A DNA stretch of 64,000 nucleotides from Eledone cirrhosa (Eukaryota). Positions 41,655-57,900 of the stretch are shown in pieces. Where the stretch lies: positions 84,816,001 through 84,880,000 of the forward strand of contig OZ024746.1 of NCBI GenBank assembly GCA_964016885.1, given 5' to 3'. The translations under genes and the position numbers were made by a program. Within the stretch, counting starts at the first letter, position 1. Each line of letters starts with the position of its first letter. The notes under the pieces are model-generated. The model saw nothing but the letters and a program-made list of their open reading frames with translations, was not told where the DNA came from and ran no database searches.

Positions 41655-42858
41655 AAAAATATATAGGAAAAGTAATAACAAGAACAAGGAGTACAGTTAC
41701 GAAAGGTGTTAGGTATCAGGTTCTCGTTTGAGAGTGGTAGGTCGTGGGTGGGATGTATATATATATATATATGTGTGTGTGTGTATATATATATTTATAT
41801 ATATATGTATGCATGTATATATATATATATATATGTACAAGCATACATACATATATACATATGCATATATGCATATATCCTCAAAGATTGGTTTGTTTTG
41901 TTGAAGTTTCTTCTTTGTTACCTTCCGTCATTGTATGTAAATGATAAATATGATATAGAGGTTAAAAATACCGAATGCAATATTTTGTTTTATGTATATT
42001 TATAAGTATTATGCAATTTAAGTAAAAAGGAAACAACTTGACTTGCTTCAAACAATCATCTATCGCAGAAGATAACTTTGATTTGACATTCCGTAGTTGT
42101 AGTGCATACTTTACCTTAGAGATTCTTCTATTTCGTTAGATCCTTTTACTTCCTATGAAACGAAATATCTGCGACGAAATATCTGCATTCCCCATTACAT
42201 GACAATCTGACAAGTAGAGCGTACAGTTACTAGAACAATTGAATGAGCGACGTCGACACCGACGGAAGATCCACCACACAAATCTAGTACTGAGTGGGTA
42301 GGTGTTAGATGAATTTATTCAAATATAAACCCTCCCTAAATATGCGCTTTTCTGCCTATATTTTGAAAGTAGTAGTTAGTGTTGTTGTTTAACTTAATGT
42401 CAGCCTTGATAGAGTAGAACTATAATGAGAAGCATCATAACTTTAATCATTCCGTCTGTATGTACATACTCACAGGGAATACAGGGCCACATTATACAGC
42501 GTATCCCTTTTTAAGGCAGCAGTGTAATTTGTAAAACATTTGGCTATTTTTAGCCAGATGAGTGACAACTTAGAGTCTCCCTTTGGGGGTCGAGAATTAT
42601 TATAGCATTGGTGAGAGTGAAAACCGCAGAATCTGTAGAGCAACGACATAAAATAGCTTGTTTTATTTTCATCAACATATATTTGACTTCAAATCTCACC
42701 GCGATCGAATTTACATCACATACCTACTTTCCTGGGCTGGTAAAGTATTGGGAAGTATGAGATTAACTAAATCCAGTACAAATTTATGACCTATTGCTCC
42801 ATTAGAAAAGACTATTAATATAATTGTATTTGTGTACATAATTCTATTTGTATGTATG

Positions 42859-42892
<34 letters not shown>

Positions 42893-42916
42893 TGTATGTA
42901 TGTATGTATGTATGTA

Positions 42917-43307
42917 CTTTGTCAAGGCAGAATTCTAGGAGAAGGAAAACTCTGATATAACATCTGCAACCCTGATGGTATCCAATGATGTTGACTTGTT
43001 CTTCTTTTTAGTAAATATCATCTTGGTTAAGAGAGTGGGACTGGCTTTGTGCAGTGCCTTTGCTCACTATAAAAGCTTCACGGCACAGGCATTGCTTTAT
43101 ATCTGGAGATCTCTCTGCACTTGTCGTCACATGGTACCATGGGCCCAGCACTATGTGTCAGTAATTGTCACAAGTGTAGTCTTTGTACCAGAGTTTTCAA
43201 GTCCCTGGCTGGACTAAAAAGTCACACTCGTTCAGCGCATCGGTAGGGGTTCTCCTACATGGATATAAAGTAGTGGCCGTACTCGAAAACGAGTTGGCAG
43301 CCACCAT
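42917..43307 (+). mobile_element. Bipartite non-autonomous RTE-derived element, 5'-truncated
   Basis: RTE-like 5' UTR motif CTAGGAGAAGGAAAACTCTGA joined to a 3' end encoding CHKCSLCTRVFKSLAGLKSHTRSAHR* (43166-43246); in (TATG)n. Confidence 0.75.
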
Positions 43308-43403
43308 GTATGTATATATGTACGTATATATCATATGTATGATCTCCTTCCCTTCAGCACTTGATTATGTCTCCACATTATATTATATCATATATATATG
43401 GTA

Positions 43404-43588
43404 GATTGGCAGTATCGGTCGAGGGTCGGACGCCATGCTTTGCAGCAAGGAGTTACGGCACTTTATGGTCTGAGTTCAAATCCCGCTGAGGTTAACTTTC
43501 CCCTTCATCCTTACGGGGTCGATAAAATAAAGTACCAGTAACGTACCGGGATAATTGCTGGCCTTGTGCCAAAAGTAGAAACAATTAT
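43404..43588 (+). mobile_element. SINE S1, near full length
   Basis: A/B boxes, central domain and 3' end. Confidence 0.92.
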
Positions 43589-43589
43589 A

Positions 43590-45650
<2,061 letters not shown>

Positions 45651-46028
45651 AAGTTCTTAGTCTATTTTCTAAGCCACCATTTTTATTTTTTACCCTTCAC
45701 TTATATTTTCAACAGTTAAAACGTAAAATATAAAAAAAATATCTAGAAACAAAGCTAAAAGGAAAAATATCGTTTTCATGACAACAGCATCAATATTTTC
45801 ATCGGGTTTATTCTATTGTGTTATTTGTCTGGAACCTGGAATCGGTTTAAATTTTATTGTTATCTAATATGATATAGTTTTTATGTAACATATAAGCGTA
45901 CACGCACATCTCTCTCACCCTATCTGTCACCCTATCTTTCTCTTCCTTTCTCTCTCTCTCTCACTCCCTATATATAACTCTCTCTATCTCTCTCCCTCTC
46001 CCCCTCTCTCTCTTACTCTCTCTCTCTC

Positions 46029-46099
<71 letters not shown>

Positions 46100-47089
46100 G
46101 CATAAATATATATTATTACATGCGAATCGTAATGAATCAGTTATTCGTTTTTATATTCTGTGAAACATATTCTGTATTCTCTTCTCAGTGGAGAATTGCT
46201 TTCCAAAGTGAATTGTTAACCGTTTTTGTTTGCTTCTTTCTTTCTTTTTTCTTTCCTTTTTTTCCCCTTCTTTCTTTCTTTCTTTCTTTTTTTCTTTCTT
46301 TCTCTCTTTCTTTCTTTCCTAGTCTGAAGCAGACACAGACCTTCCGAGCCTTCCTTGATGTAACGGAATATCCAGGAAGGTACTTTTTTATTGACTCCCA
46401 ACCCACTCAAAATCTGAAAGGCAAAGTTGACCTTAACAGAAAACGACACTTCCACAATGGTCATAGCTGGAATAGGTTTGATCGTAGGTCAGCTCAATAA
46501 GGGTTGATTCGGGTTTAAATAACAACAACAACAACAACAGTACTAACAAGAACAATATGCACTGATAAAAAGGCTATCGCCAATCATTAACAACACACAA
46601 CTACAAATTTGAACAGTTTTTACATGTACCAGGAGCCATAATTTGTGAGGTTCTATCAAAGTGATTGAACATCTCTAACATAAACAGACCAAATATCTAA
46701 TGGATTTGGAATAAGGAGGGATTAGTACCACCTGCTTTCGGAACCTTTGCGTCTTTTTTTGTTATGTAGTCCCTATGTCAGTAATAATCGAGCAAGACCT
46801 ATAACCGAAGACGTTCAATCTATGACCAACCATATTTTTATTCAAGCAATATATCTACGTCCGACTGTATTAACCAATGTAACATAATATAATGGCATTT
46901 AAGGTAATGTTGACCTCGGAGTGATCTGAACTCAAAGCGCAGAGATCAGGAGCAAATACCACAAAGGTTTCTATCCGACGGTCTAACGACTCAGCCACTT
47001 TGCCGTCTCCCCCCCTCTCCCCCTCTGTATATATATATATAGATAGATATATATATAGATAGATATATATATATAGATAGATATATATA

Positions 47090-47280
47090 GGAACGAGTAG
47101 GACCCCGACGGCTGAGCTCAAGCCGTTTCGACGGCTAATTCTGGACTAAGAATTAGCCGTCGAAACGGCTTGAGCTCAGCCGTCGGGGTCCTACTCGTTC
47201 CTATTACCCACTCTACTACCCTAAGTATTGAGTACTTTGTTGCGTTATGGTCCACCTGGTTCCTTACCACATTTCCTTCG

Positions 47281-47282
<2 letters not shown>
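47090..47282 (+). mobile_element. Fold-back element family B, copy 3
   Basis: Arms 47090-47142 / 47149-47201, loop GGACTA, same tail as 15763-15843. Confidence 0.9.
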
Positions 47283-47376
<94 letters not shown>

Positions 47377-47442
47377 TATTATATATATATATATAAATTT
47401 TAGTACAGCATTGACGAAGCTTTAGAATACGGCCAAGCTAGC

Positions 47443-47478
<36 letters not shown>

Positions 47479-47551
47479 ATTTCTCCCGAATGAAACAATT
47501 CTAGTCCTGTAGAAGCCATTTCTATATTAAATATTTATACTCTGCTATATA

Positions 47552-47616
<65 letters not shown>

Positions 47617-47844
47617 ACCTTTGTAGTATTCGCTCCTGATCTCTGCACTTTGAATTCAGATCACGCCGAGGTCAACGTATTTCAGGGGCCGATAAATTAA
47701 GTACCAGTCGAGAACCGGGGGCTTCTGTTTCACCCTCTCTCTCTCTATTTTACTCTGTCTTTATTTCTTTCTCATTAATCCTCTCTTTCTCTGCCTTTCT
47801 GTGGGCGAAATCCCTCAGTACGAGTAGAACTTTGATAACAAATA

Positions 47845-47903
47845 TGTTGAACTGATGAGTCGCCGATATAATAACTTCCTTAGCGAAACACACATATTCG
47901 ACA
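47845..47903 (+). ncRNA. Degenerate type I hammerhead ribozyme
   Basis: TGTTGAA-CTGATGA-G..C-GAAAC-ACAC-ATA-TTCGACA; 7-bp stem I; stems II and III eroded (CpG-decay-like). Confidence 0.5.
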
Positions 47904-47940
47904 AATGAAACTGTTGTGAATTTAACCAAATATATATGTA

Positions 47941-47984
<44 letters not shown>

Positions 47985-47985
<1 letters not shown>

Positions 47986-48374
47986 TAAAAAGAAGAACAA
48001 GTCAACTTCATTGGATACCATCAGGGTTGCAGGTGTTATATCAAAGTTTTCCTTCTCCTAGAATTCTGCCTTGACAAAGGCTAAGGGGTCATCTTGGTTA
48101 AGAGAGTGGGACTGGCTTTGTGCAGTGCCTTTGCTCACTATAAAAGCTTCACGGCACAGGCATTGCTTTATATCTGGAGATCTCTCTGGACTTGTCGTCA
48201 CATGGTACCATGGGCCCAGCACTATGTGTCAATAATTGTCACAAGTGTAGTGTTTGTACCAGAGTTTTCAAGTCGTTAGCTGGACTAAAAAGTCACACTC
48301 GTTCAGCACATCGGTAGGGGTTCTCCTACATGGATATAAAGTAGTGGCCGTACTCGAAAACGAGTTGGCAGCCA

Positions 48375-48378
<4 letters not shown>
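47985..48378 (+). mobile_element. Bipartite RTE-derived element with 5' inversion
   Basis: 47985-48094 is inverted relative to 48089-48378; junction microhomology TCATCT. Confidence 0.85.
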
Positions 48379-48409
<31 letters not shown>

Positions 48410-48892
48410 TGACGTAAAATAAGAAAATTATAAAAATTAACTTACTAACTAAAATTTCACTCCAACTAATTAGTTTCTGAAAGAATATATATATATATAT
48501 ATATAAAACATGAGAAGAAAGAATACTGTGTGGTTGCACATGATAAAAATAGTCCTTCGTCAGTGATTTTCCAACCATCATTGGTATTTCATCGCATTAA
48601 AAATCATATACCTCAGGTTGGTGCGAGCAATAACTAAAAAAAGTTATTGGGGCCAGTAAATCGCGTAAAGCGAGGGGGACAAGTGAACAACATAGAAGGA
48701 TAAAAGCAAATCAAAGAAAGGAAATAAACAAGCAACATGGTAGTCCTGGTCAGCATAAGCTGGGTGGATTTCATGAGCGAAAGGTACAGACACGTCCAGT
48801 GTGAGTGGGATGTAAGCCAAATATATATATATATATATATCGGATTTGTTTATCGTTAATTCGTGAGCTGATTTTCCGATACTCGATTATTC

Positions 48893-49007
<115 letters not shown>

Positions 49008-49771
49008 CACACACGTATATATATATATATGAGGAATCTTGTTTGAATATACTACATATACACGCGTGTATGTGCGTGTTTGTTTGATTGAGTGTGTGCG
49101 CGCGTGTATGTGATCTTACATACTGAACTCCGATTAGTGTATATTCTTTATTCATGTAGTTTATACGAATTATCCACAGCAAATCCTTGTACACAGGCAC
49201 ACACACAAACCTACACGCAAACAACTACACACACGGGCCTACACACGCATGAACAAAGCACACAGGCGTACACATGTTCACCTACAGCGCCACATCAACA
49301 GGCAGACCTGCACACTCACATGCACACATATATATATATATGGAGACACTGAGACATACACAGAAATATATTCACGAGTACATAGAGAGCAATAGAAGAC
49401 AATCCGTCCCCATTCCTCCATATAAATCTGTTACATCCTATACCGGCTTCCATAATACCCAACGATTAATTGTCTGCAATTATAACCTCGAACATTTTAA
49501 ACACAGCATTAACTGTTCTAATCTTCAGCAAATCTTACAAATATAGCGCAATAGAGGATATAGATAATTCCTTTGCTTCTACCCTTTTCTCATTACACAT
49601 ACATACATACATACATACATACATACATACAAGCATACATAAATACGTACATACATTCACACGCACACACACACAAACACACAAACACACACAAACACAC
49701 AAACACACACACACACACACACAGACACACACATGTATATGTAGATGTATATACATATGTATGTATGTATG

Positions 49772-49828
<57 letters not shown>

Positions 49829-49862
49829 ATACAGACACAGAGTCCCATACACACACACACAA

Positions 49863-49897
<35 letters not shown>

Positions 49898-49928
49898 CAC
49901 TCTCGCACACACATACACACACACACAT

Positions 49929-49959
<31 letters not shown>

Positions 49960-50260
49960 GACACACAAACACACACACACACACACAGACATATATATAT
50001 GTAGATGTATATACATATGTATATATATATATATATATATACAGACACACAGTCCCCCCCCCCCACATATATATATATATTTGTAGTGTGTTAAGCGGTT
50101 TGTTGTTGTTATGGAGATTATTCAATAATCTCCACAACTACATATGTATGTATGTGTGTATGTATGTATGTATGTATGTGTGTATGTGTGTATGTGTGTA
50201 TGTATGTATGTGTGTATGTATGTATGTTCGTATGTATGTGTGTGTGTATGTATGTATGTA

Positions 50261-50291
<31 letters not shown>

Positions 50292-50431
50292 TTGTATGTA
50301 TGTATGTTTGGTGGCAAAAATGAACGGAAATATGCGTCATACATGTAATAGAGTTTATTCATTCCAGGTAAAGATTCGATCTACCGCAAAACAGTACTTC
50401 TTCGTGCTGATAATATACATACATACATACA

Positions 50432-50537
<106 letters not shown>

Positions 50538-50620
50538 TAGATATATGCAAAAGTAAAAGGAAACAACACAGTACAATGGAAAATTATATTAGTTTAACGC
50601 TTAATGTAGTAGTAAAAGAG

Positions 50621-50656
50621 TCTTTATGTTTCGGACACTAGTCCTTCATCAGAAGA
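50621..50656 (-). ncRNA. Minimal type I hammerhead ribozyme, family D (element ~50547-50738)
   Basis: Minus strand TCTT-CTGATGA-A-GGAC-TAGT-GTCC-GAAAC-ATA^-AAGA; the sister copy at 27427 has GAAACGTA. Confidence 0.72.
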
Positions 50657-51352
50657 TAGAATGAAAAATGAAAGATGAAATAGAACGATAGAGAATGAGA
50701 AGAAGAAGAAAGGAAAACATTGATCTAGATGTCAGACTTTATATATACAGAGAAAGACATCAAAAATGAAATATTTTCGGGTGGCTCATAAAATTTGATA
50801 TTCAAGAATCCATTCCGCACGGTTTGGTGTATTTAGACGGGATGAAAGTTTCGAAGAATAATTTTCTTTGAGGGCACAATCAGAAATGTATTGTTGACTT
50901 CTTCATTAACTATACATATTCAGCTGAGCGAAGTCTATAATTAAGGGATCCAACGGAATATGGAATAGATCTAACGACAAGAGCTAATTTACTCCCATAA
51001 AACCGGCTGCTATTTTTAGCGGCACGAGTATGGGACGAGTTAGACGCTGGGACACATGTGCGTTCAACAACACGTATTTCTCAGTCTTAAGTATTTTGAA
51101 GTGAAAGATACGAATTTTCCTGGATACCCGCAGAAGAGCACAGGAATAGTAACTTTCACTTAATTGTTGCGAAACTAATTTAGAATTTGTCCGGGTATCA
51201 TGGCCAATGCCAATATAGGTTTGCTATTTTTATTGATTTATTATTTTAAATCGAGACAGGCAAACCATATTATTTTAAATTAGTATTTTTCAACCTAGCT
51301 AACTTGGTCATTTGTAATTATACTTGTATCGGTGTTCAACCCTCATATATTC

Positions 51353-51396
<44 letters not shown>

Positions 51397-51400
<4 letters not shown>

Positions 51401-51781
51401 GTTTACACATATATATATATATATATATATACGTGTTTTGCAACGGGTCACTTTGTGGCTCAATGAAGAGTTAATAAATTAAATAATCAGAGCTATATAT
51501 CATAAAACATATGTTCACTTTTCTCCTAGTTTATTTTACACCTAATTCTGTTTAGTTGACTGTATATCTGGACGATTTATACATGCTGTCGAAATACTCG
51601 ATAACTGTTCCATCGCAACCGCCGCGAAGGGCTGCCTTCGGTTATTTGTCGGAGATTTCTTCATAGAAGCCTTTATTCTTATAGTTTGGTCTAATCCATT
51701 TTTTATATGGTTAATTATGGTAATTGGGAGAGGAAATGGTATATATTTTATCTGGTGATTCTATAGACATGTTTTATGATA
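51397..51781 (-). mobile_element. Family F, long copy (TA-flanked, partial inverted ends)
   Basis: Tail and ATATCATAAAACAT arm shared with 2000-2193; the right end is the reverse complement of 2000-2058. Confidence 0.8.
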
Positions 51782-51803
51782 TATATATATATATATATAT
51801 ATA

Positions 51804-52677
51804 TTGTGTGCAGAGGATATACGCAGACTAGAGAGGAACGAAGCTTGCATGCTCCGCTGGATGTGCAATAGTAATATACGTGAACGGCAAAGCATAAACG
51901 AACTAAGGAAAAAATTAGAAATAAGAGGGATCAGATGTTGTTTACTCGAGAGAAGGCTACGTTGGTACGGTCACGTGATGCGCATGAAAGACGACAGCTG
52001 TATAACAAAGTGCAGGGCAATAAAGATAGACGGTAGCCACGGAGTAGGCAGACCCAGAAAAACATGGGACGAGCTGATAAATTCCGACCTCACACGCTTA
52101 CACCTCTCCAAGACAATGTCACTGGACCGAGACCTTTGGCGGTACTCAGTAATAGAGAAGACCCGCCTTACCTAAATACAAAGTAAAAACCTACTACAGT
52201 CAGTAGGCATCTCTATCAAAACACCCCCCCGTCCCACCACCTCCACCCCATCCACACCGCCCCTTTCAATGTACAGTTATGTTGGTCCCACAACATCCAG
52301 GCCGAAACAAATGAGATCGTGTAGGTGTCACGACAAAAAACACACAGTCCACGCTGTAAATGTGGCCGTGTAGGCAACACGGTAAAAACCTCCCAGCCCC
52401 ACACTGTAAATGTGGTTGGTGTTAGGAAGGGCATCCAGCTGTAGAAAACCCGCCAGACAGTCCACGCTGTAATGTGGCCGTGTAGGCAACACGGTAAAAA
52501 CCTCCCAGCCCCACACTGTAAATGTGGTTGGTGTTAGGAAGGGCATCCAACTGTAGAAAACCCGCCAGACAGTCCTATGCGAGCAAGACAACCACTCTTG
52601 CCTCAAGTGGGAAAACCCCCGTCCAAACCCATGCAAGCGTGGAACACGGACGCTAAACCTGATGATGATGATGATGA

Positions 52678-52680
<3 letters not shown>
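51804..52680 (+). mobile_element. 5'-truncated RTE-clade LINE: ORF C-terminus (51804-52175), 3' UTR and (GAT)n tail, inserted in (TA)n
   Basis: LERNEACMLRWMC...ERRLRWYGHVMRM...GRPRKTW...DRDLWR; 3' UTR AGGAAGGGCATCCAGCTGTAGAAA; (GAT)n tail. Confidence 0.92.
52344..52575 (+). repeat. ~113-bp tandem duplication in the RTE 3' UTR
   Basis: ACAGTCC starts at 52344, 52457 and 52569; two near-identical units. Confidence 0.92.
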
Positions 52681-52728
<48 letters not shown>

Positions 52729-52960
52729 AATGTGTATATATTACACACATATAGATATAGATAGATAGATAGACACGCACGTTATATCCACTGGTTACAA
52801 TGACAACGCAACTAACATCATTCCCAGTTGCTGGTCAGAACCAATTAATGATACAACAACGAGTAAGCTTCCAGACAGCTACGGTGAAAACAATTTGTTT
52901 CGTAGGATTGGTTGGATTTTGTCCAATTAAGAAGTTTTTCTTTCAGCTATATCCATCACG

Positions 52961-53002
<42 letters not shown>

Positions 53003-53115
53003 GACACCAATTGCATAGGACGACGTCATCAACCATAAACGAAGCACAGAATGCTGTGCAGATAATAGAAGAATCCTTCACGTTTGAAAATGTAAATCCG
53101 TATATACATACATAC

Positions 53116-53669
53116 ATGGTGGCTGCCAACTCGTTTTCGAGTACGGCTACTACTTTATATCCATGTAGGAGACATGCTACCGATGCGCTGAACGAGTGTG
53201 ACTTTTTAGTCCAGCCAGCGACTTGAAAACTCTGGTACAAACACTACACCTGTGACAATTATTGACACATAGTGCTAGGCCCATGGTACCATGTGACGAC
53301 AAGTGCAGAGAGATCTCCAGATATAAAGCAATGCCTGTGCCGTGAAGCTTTTATAGTGAGCAAAGGCACTGCACAAAGCCAGTCCCACTCTCTTAACCAA
53401 GATGATATTTACCAAAAAGAAGAACAAGTCAACATCATTGGATACCATCAGGGTTGCAGGTGTTATATCAGAGTTTTCCTTCTCCTAGAATTCTGCCTTG
53501 ACAAAGGCTAAGGGGTCATCTCTCCCGGTGATTTTGGATGGCCATTGACTCTTAAGAGCTCTTTGCCCTTTGACAGGTTTTGTTTTTAGTCCTGCAGGAT
53601 GTCCAAAGTCATCCTCTTCACCAAGAAACCTTGGTGGGGTTGCCAGTTTAGTCGCCAACGACCCGACCA
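53116..53669 (-). mobile_element. Bipartite non-autonomous RTE-derived element, longest copy (~555 bp)
   Basis: Reverse complement of 42917-43307 plus ~160 bp of extra 5' sequence; (TACA)n on both sides. Confidence 0.8.
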
Positions 53670-53740
53670 TACATACATACATACATACATACATACATAC
53701 ATACATACATACATACATACATACATACATACATACATAC

Positions 53741-53800
<60 letters not shown>

Positions 53801-53801
53801 T

Positions 53802-54254
53802 TATGCAGAACTGATGAGAAATCTGCAGATACTCCACCCTGATTACACCTTCAGATTTACACCTGTGATTATTGGGGCACTGGGTATGTTAGTAACTGCC
53901 TCAATACAAATCTTGAGAAGCTAGGCTTCACAGGAACAGAAAGAACACAACTAGTTAGGAAACTACAAGTACAATCCATTAATGGAACAGTAAAAATATG
54001 TAAAACATTCCAAAAATGTTGCATCTAATAACTGCATATACACATGTACAGATACAAAGCATATACACATGCACACATACAACTCAAAACATACACATCC
54101 ACACATACAATAACATCCATATCTACACATGCATGCATACATATCTACCTAGTTGATGCTGTGTAAATTCCAATGAGAGAGTCTTGTGTCTATGTTAGAA
54201 ACCGACTCTCTCTCTCTATTGGTAAAACTTTGTGAAATTATAAAACCAGAAGAA
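53802..54254 (+). mobile_element. 5'-truncated R4/Dong-like (RLE-type) non-LTR retrotransposon in (TACA)n
   Basis: YAELMRNLQILHPDYTFRFTPVIIGALG / YVSNCLNTNLEKLGF..VRKLQVQSINGTVKICKTFQKCCI* (one frameshift; stop at 54026). PVIIGALG and LQ..GT..I are typical of R4/Dong C-termini. Confidence 0.8.
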
Positions 54255-54383
54255 CATAGATACATACATATAATTATCACCTTCGAATAAATAATAAACT
54301 CTATAGGTAGGAAGTACACTTTCTTTTGTTTGTGTATACCAATGCTTGTATATATATATATGTGTGTGTGTCTATATATATGC

Positions 54384-54524
<141 letters not shown>

Positions 54525-55110
54525 CGTAAGTATATATGTGTGTATATATATAAATATATTTGGGATTTTTTGTTGCTTTTTTAAATTTTAAATATGTATA
54601 TATATATACATATATATATATATGTATGTATATATATATGTGTGTGTGTGTGTGTATGTGTGTATTAGAATAGTGGGTAGAATGCAGAAATTTATTTTCC
54701 AAGTAGAAAAATGTCAGTGACTTTGAATTTTCAGCTTCATTGCTGCCACTTATCAATATATATGTGATTGACAGCAAATTCGAAAATCTAAGACGAGATA
54801 GAATTTTTAACAAATGTGAACAAAGCCATACTATTCTCTTTGTATATAAAAAATATATAGATATCACAAGAGATTCCGTTTACATCTTTCACAAATAATT
54901 GTTTATCAGAGAGTAAGTTCCCACGAAGAGGGCTATTATCAAACACTATTTATATTAAACTCAAAGAATTGTAATTTGCATATTATTCATTTTTCACCAA
55001 TAGTGATTTGAAAACTTGGAATAGTAGGTAAATGTGCTCTCCTTAAAGGGGAGAGAGAGTGTGTGTGTTTACTTATGTGTGTATGTCTATATATGTATAT
55101 TTATACATTT

Positions 55111-55145
<35 letters not shown>

Positions 55146-55180
55146 AACACACACACACACACACACATACATATAAATCC

Positions 55181-55462
55181 ACTTCGGTCACAAATGACCG
55201 TGATTTTTGCACCTTGAAACTTCCCTGCGAGGTACAAGAAAGCACATTGTGCTTTTCTGGGAGACTGACAATCACATACACATCTTCACTCTTCATGTCA
55301 TCTAATTGCCCAAGGGAAAGGCACACGTGACGTTGCATCTCATTTCTACAGCTGAATGAACTGGAGCAATATGAAGTAAAGTTTCTTGCTCAAGGACACA
55401 ATAAACTGGTCCGCGAATCGAAGTTACAACCTTAAGATTGTGAATCGAATGCTCTAAACACG
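55181..55462 (-). mobile_element. CORE-type SINE S2, diverged
   Basis: CTCATTTCTACAGCTGAATGAACTGGAGCAA..TCTTGCTCAAGGACACAA..GAATCGAA. Confidence 0.75.
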
Positions 55463-55685
55463 AAGACTCCCCCCCCCCCCCACGCACACACGCATATATA
55501 TACATATGTATGTATGTATATATACACACACACATATATATATATATGCGTGTGTGTGTATATATATGTATGTAAATATATAGACTAAATCCAGTGATAT
55601 AATATCGTGTGTGGAGATATCGTAAAGTTATAAAGATTATTTTAGAGAGACAGAAAGTGTGTATGTGAGAGAGAGAGTGGGGGAA

Positions 55686-55735
<50 letters not shown>

Positions 55736-56489
55736 AGAGAGAAAGTAAGAAAGAAAAAGTGAAAGGTTGTGTGTTTGTGTGTGTATGTGAGAGAGGTGTT
55801 GGTCGATAGGAGATTGGAGAGTGGGGGAGGGGGGGGGCTAACGATTTAGTGAGTCTGTAAGCGAAAGTAAGTTTGATTGTGATCGAGAGAGAAAGAGAAA
55901 TCAAGAGATAGAGATAGAGAGAAGGAGTGAAGGAGAGAGAGAGAAGGAAAGGAATAATAAATGAAAGTGTAAGTCTATGTGTGTGTAGGTTTGTGTCCAT
56001 GTATGTATGTATGTATGTATGTATGTATGTATGTATGTATGTATGTATGTATGTATGTATGTATGTATGTATGTGTGTATATATGTATGTACGTGTATGT
56101 ATGTATGTATATATGTATGTATGTATGTATATATGAATTGATGTATGTATGTGCATATGTGTGTATGTGCTTATGAATGTATGCATGTGTCTCTAAGTGA
56201 GAGCAAGTGTGCTTAATAAAAACGGAGAGAGAGAGTGTGTGTGTGTATGTGAGTGTGTGCGTATGTTAGTGAATGTGTGTGTGTGTGTGCGACGGGGGAA
56301 GAGAGGGAGGAGAAAGTGAGGGAGAAAGAAAAAGTAGCATAAAGAAAGAGAGAGAAAGTGAGTGAGCAAACAGGAGAAGGCATGTAATAGAGACAGAGGG
56401 GAGGGGAGGGGTGACAATAAATAAGTTGAGACAAGCGAGAAGGCGCAAAAAACATCTTAATAAAAGAGATTGGTTGAGTGATAGAGTGT

Positions 56490-57120
56490 AAGGGATAGAA
56501 TGAAGGGGTAGGGATAGAAGGAGACAGAGTAGGGGCAATGATATAGAAGGAGATAGAGTAGGGTGAGGAGAGGTATAGATTGAGATAGAACAGGACAGGC
56601 GAGGTATAGAGATGGATAGAATAGGACAGGAGAGGTATAGAAGGAGATAGAACAGGGAGACGTGTTAGAAAGAAATAAGTAGGAGGGGTGAAGGCTTGAA
56701 AAATATAGAATAGGGGAGTAGGAAAGGGTATAGAAACAGATAGAATAGGACAGGAGAGGTATAGAGAGGGATAGAACAGGGAGAGAAAAGGTGTTAGAAA
56801 GAGATAGAGCAGGAGGGGAAAGGGCTTGAAAAATATAGAATAGGAGAGTAGAGGTATTAAAAACAGATAGAGTAGGGAAGGTGAGGTATAAAAAGAGATA
56901 GTGAAGGGATGAGTTGGATTGAAGAAAATAGAATAGAGGGAACTAGAGGGATTGAAAAATGTAAAGTGAGAGAAGTAAGGAAATAATTTAGATAGAATGG
57001 GAGAGGAGAAAGACAGAAAAGCGTAGAGGGAGGAGAAGTTGTATAGAAATAAATAGGGGAGAAGAAATATAGAACGAAATAGAGTTATGGAGATAGGATA
57101 AAATAGATGGAATGGGGGAA
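56490..57120 (+). repeat. Purine-rich degenerate minisatellite (GATAGAATAGGACAGGAGAGGTATAGA / TTGAAAAATATAGAATAGG)
   Basis: Recurring 20-30-nt units; source of the 363-aa low-complexity ORF on the minus strand. Confidence 0.75.
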
Positions 57121-57249
57121 ATACGATAAGGGTTAGTAAATAATAGAATTTCTTAGGCATTTCTGGTCTGGCGGAGCCCATCCCTCCAGATCTGAACACA
57201 GCAAATTTCTTCCAGAGAAGGAGAGAGAGGAAGAGAGTAAGAACCGACC

Positions 57250-57405
57250 CTAGTATTAGACTAGAACTTTTTTTTTTTATCGATCTGGAAAGGATGAAAG
57301 GCAAAGTTGACTTCGGAGGGATTTGAACTCAAAGAGCAGAGAGCTGGATCGAATACCGCAAAACATTCTATCCGACGTTATAACGACTCGACCAATTCGT
57401 CACCT
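57250..57405 (-). mobile_element. Old SINE S1-related copy
   Basis: GGATGAAAGGCAAAGTTGACTTCGGAGGGATTTGAACTC. Confidence 0.75.
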
Positions 57406-57487
57406 TATAAAATAGTGTGGGTGGAGGTGATAGAAAATGAGTTGATGGAGGCGGAGATTGAAAGAGTAATACCGCAATATATATAAA

Positions 57488-57741
57488 AGGTAAAGACTCT
57501 CTTCGGTCACAAATGGGATTTGAACCTAGAAAGTTCCCCTCCGTGGCACAAGTCCGGGCAAGGTTGTTTGTGGAGGACCAGCAGTCGTCCTCTCCACACC
57601 CCTGATGTTGTCCAAAGGAAAGGCAATGACTTCTCAACTCATTTCTACAGCTGAGTGAACTGGAGCAACGTGAAATAAATGTCTTGCTCAAGAACACAAC
57701 ACAAAGCCCGGTCCTAAAATCGAACTCACAACCTCACGATT
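57488..57741 (-). mobile_element. CORE-type SINE S2
   Basis: B box GAGTTCGATT and CORE-like TGTGTTCTTGAGCAAGACATTTATTTCAC on the minus strand. Confidence 0.8.
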
Positions 57742-57816
57742 GGGAGACAAAAAGAAAGAAAAGCTTAGCAAGAAAAGAGAAGTGAAGAGAGAAGGGGATG
57801 TGTGTGTGTGTGTGTG

Positions 57817-57900
<84 letters not shown>

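Noticed and set aside
55302-57304. 294-aa and 363-aa hydrophobic ORFs on the minus strand
   Set aside because: Low-complexity pyrimidine-rich strand of a purine minisatellite; no domain motifs.
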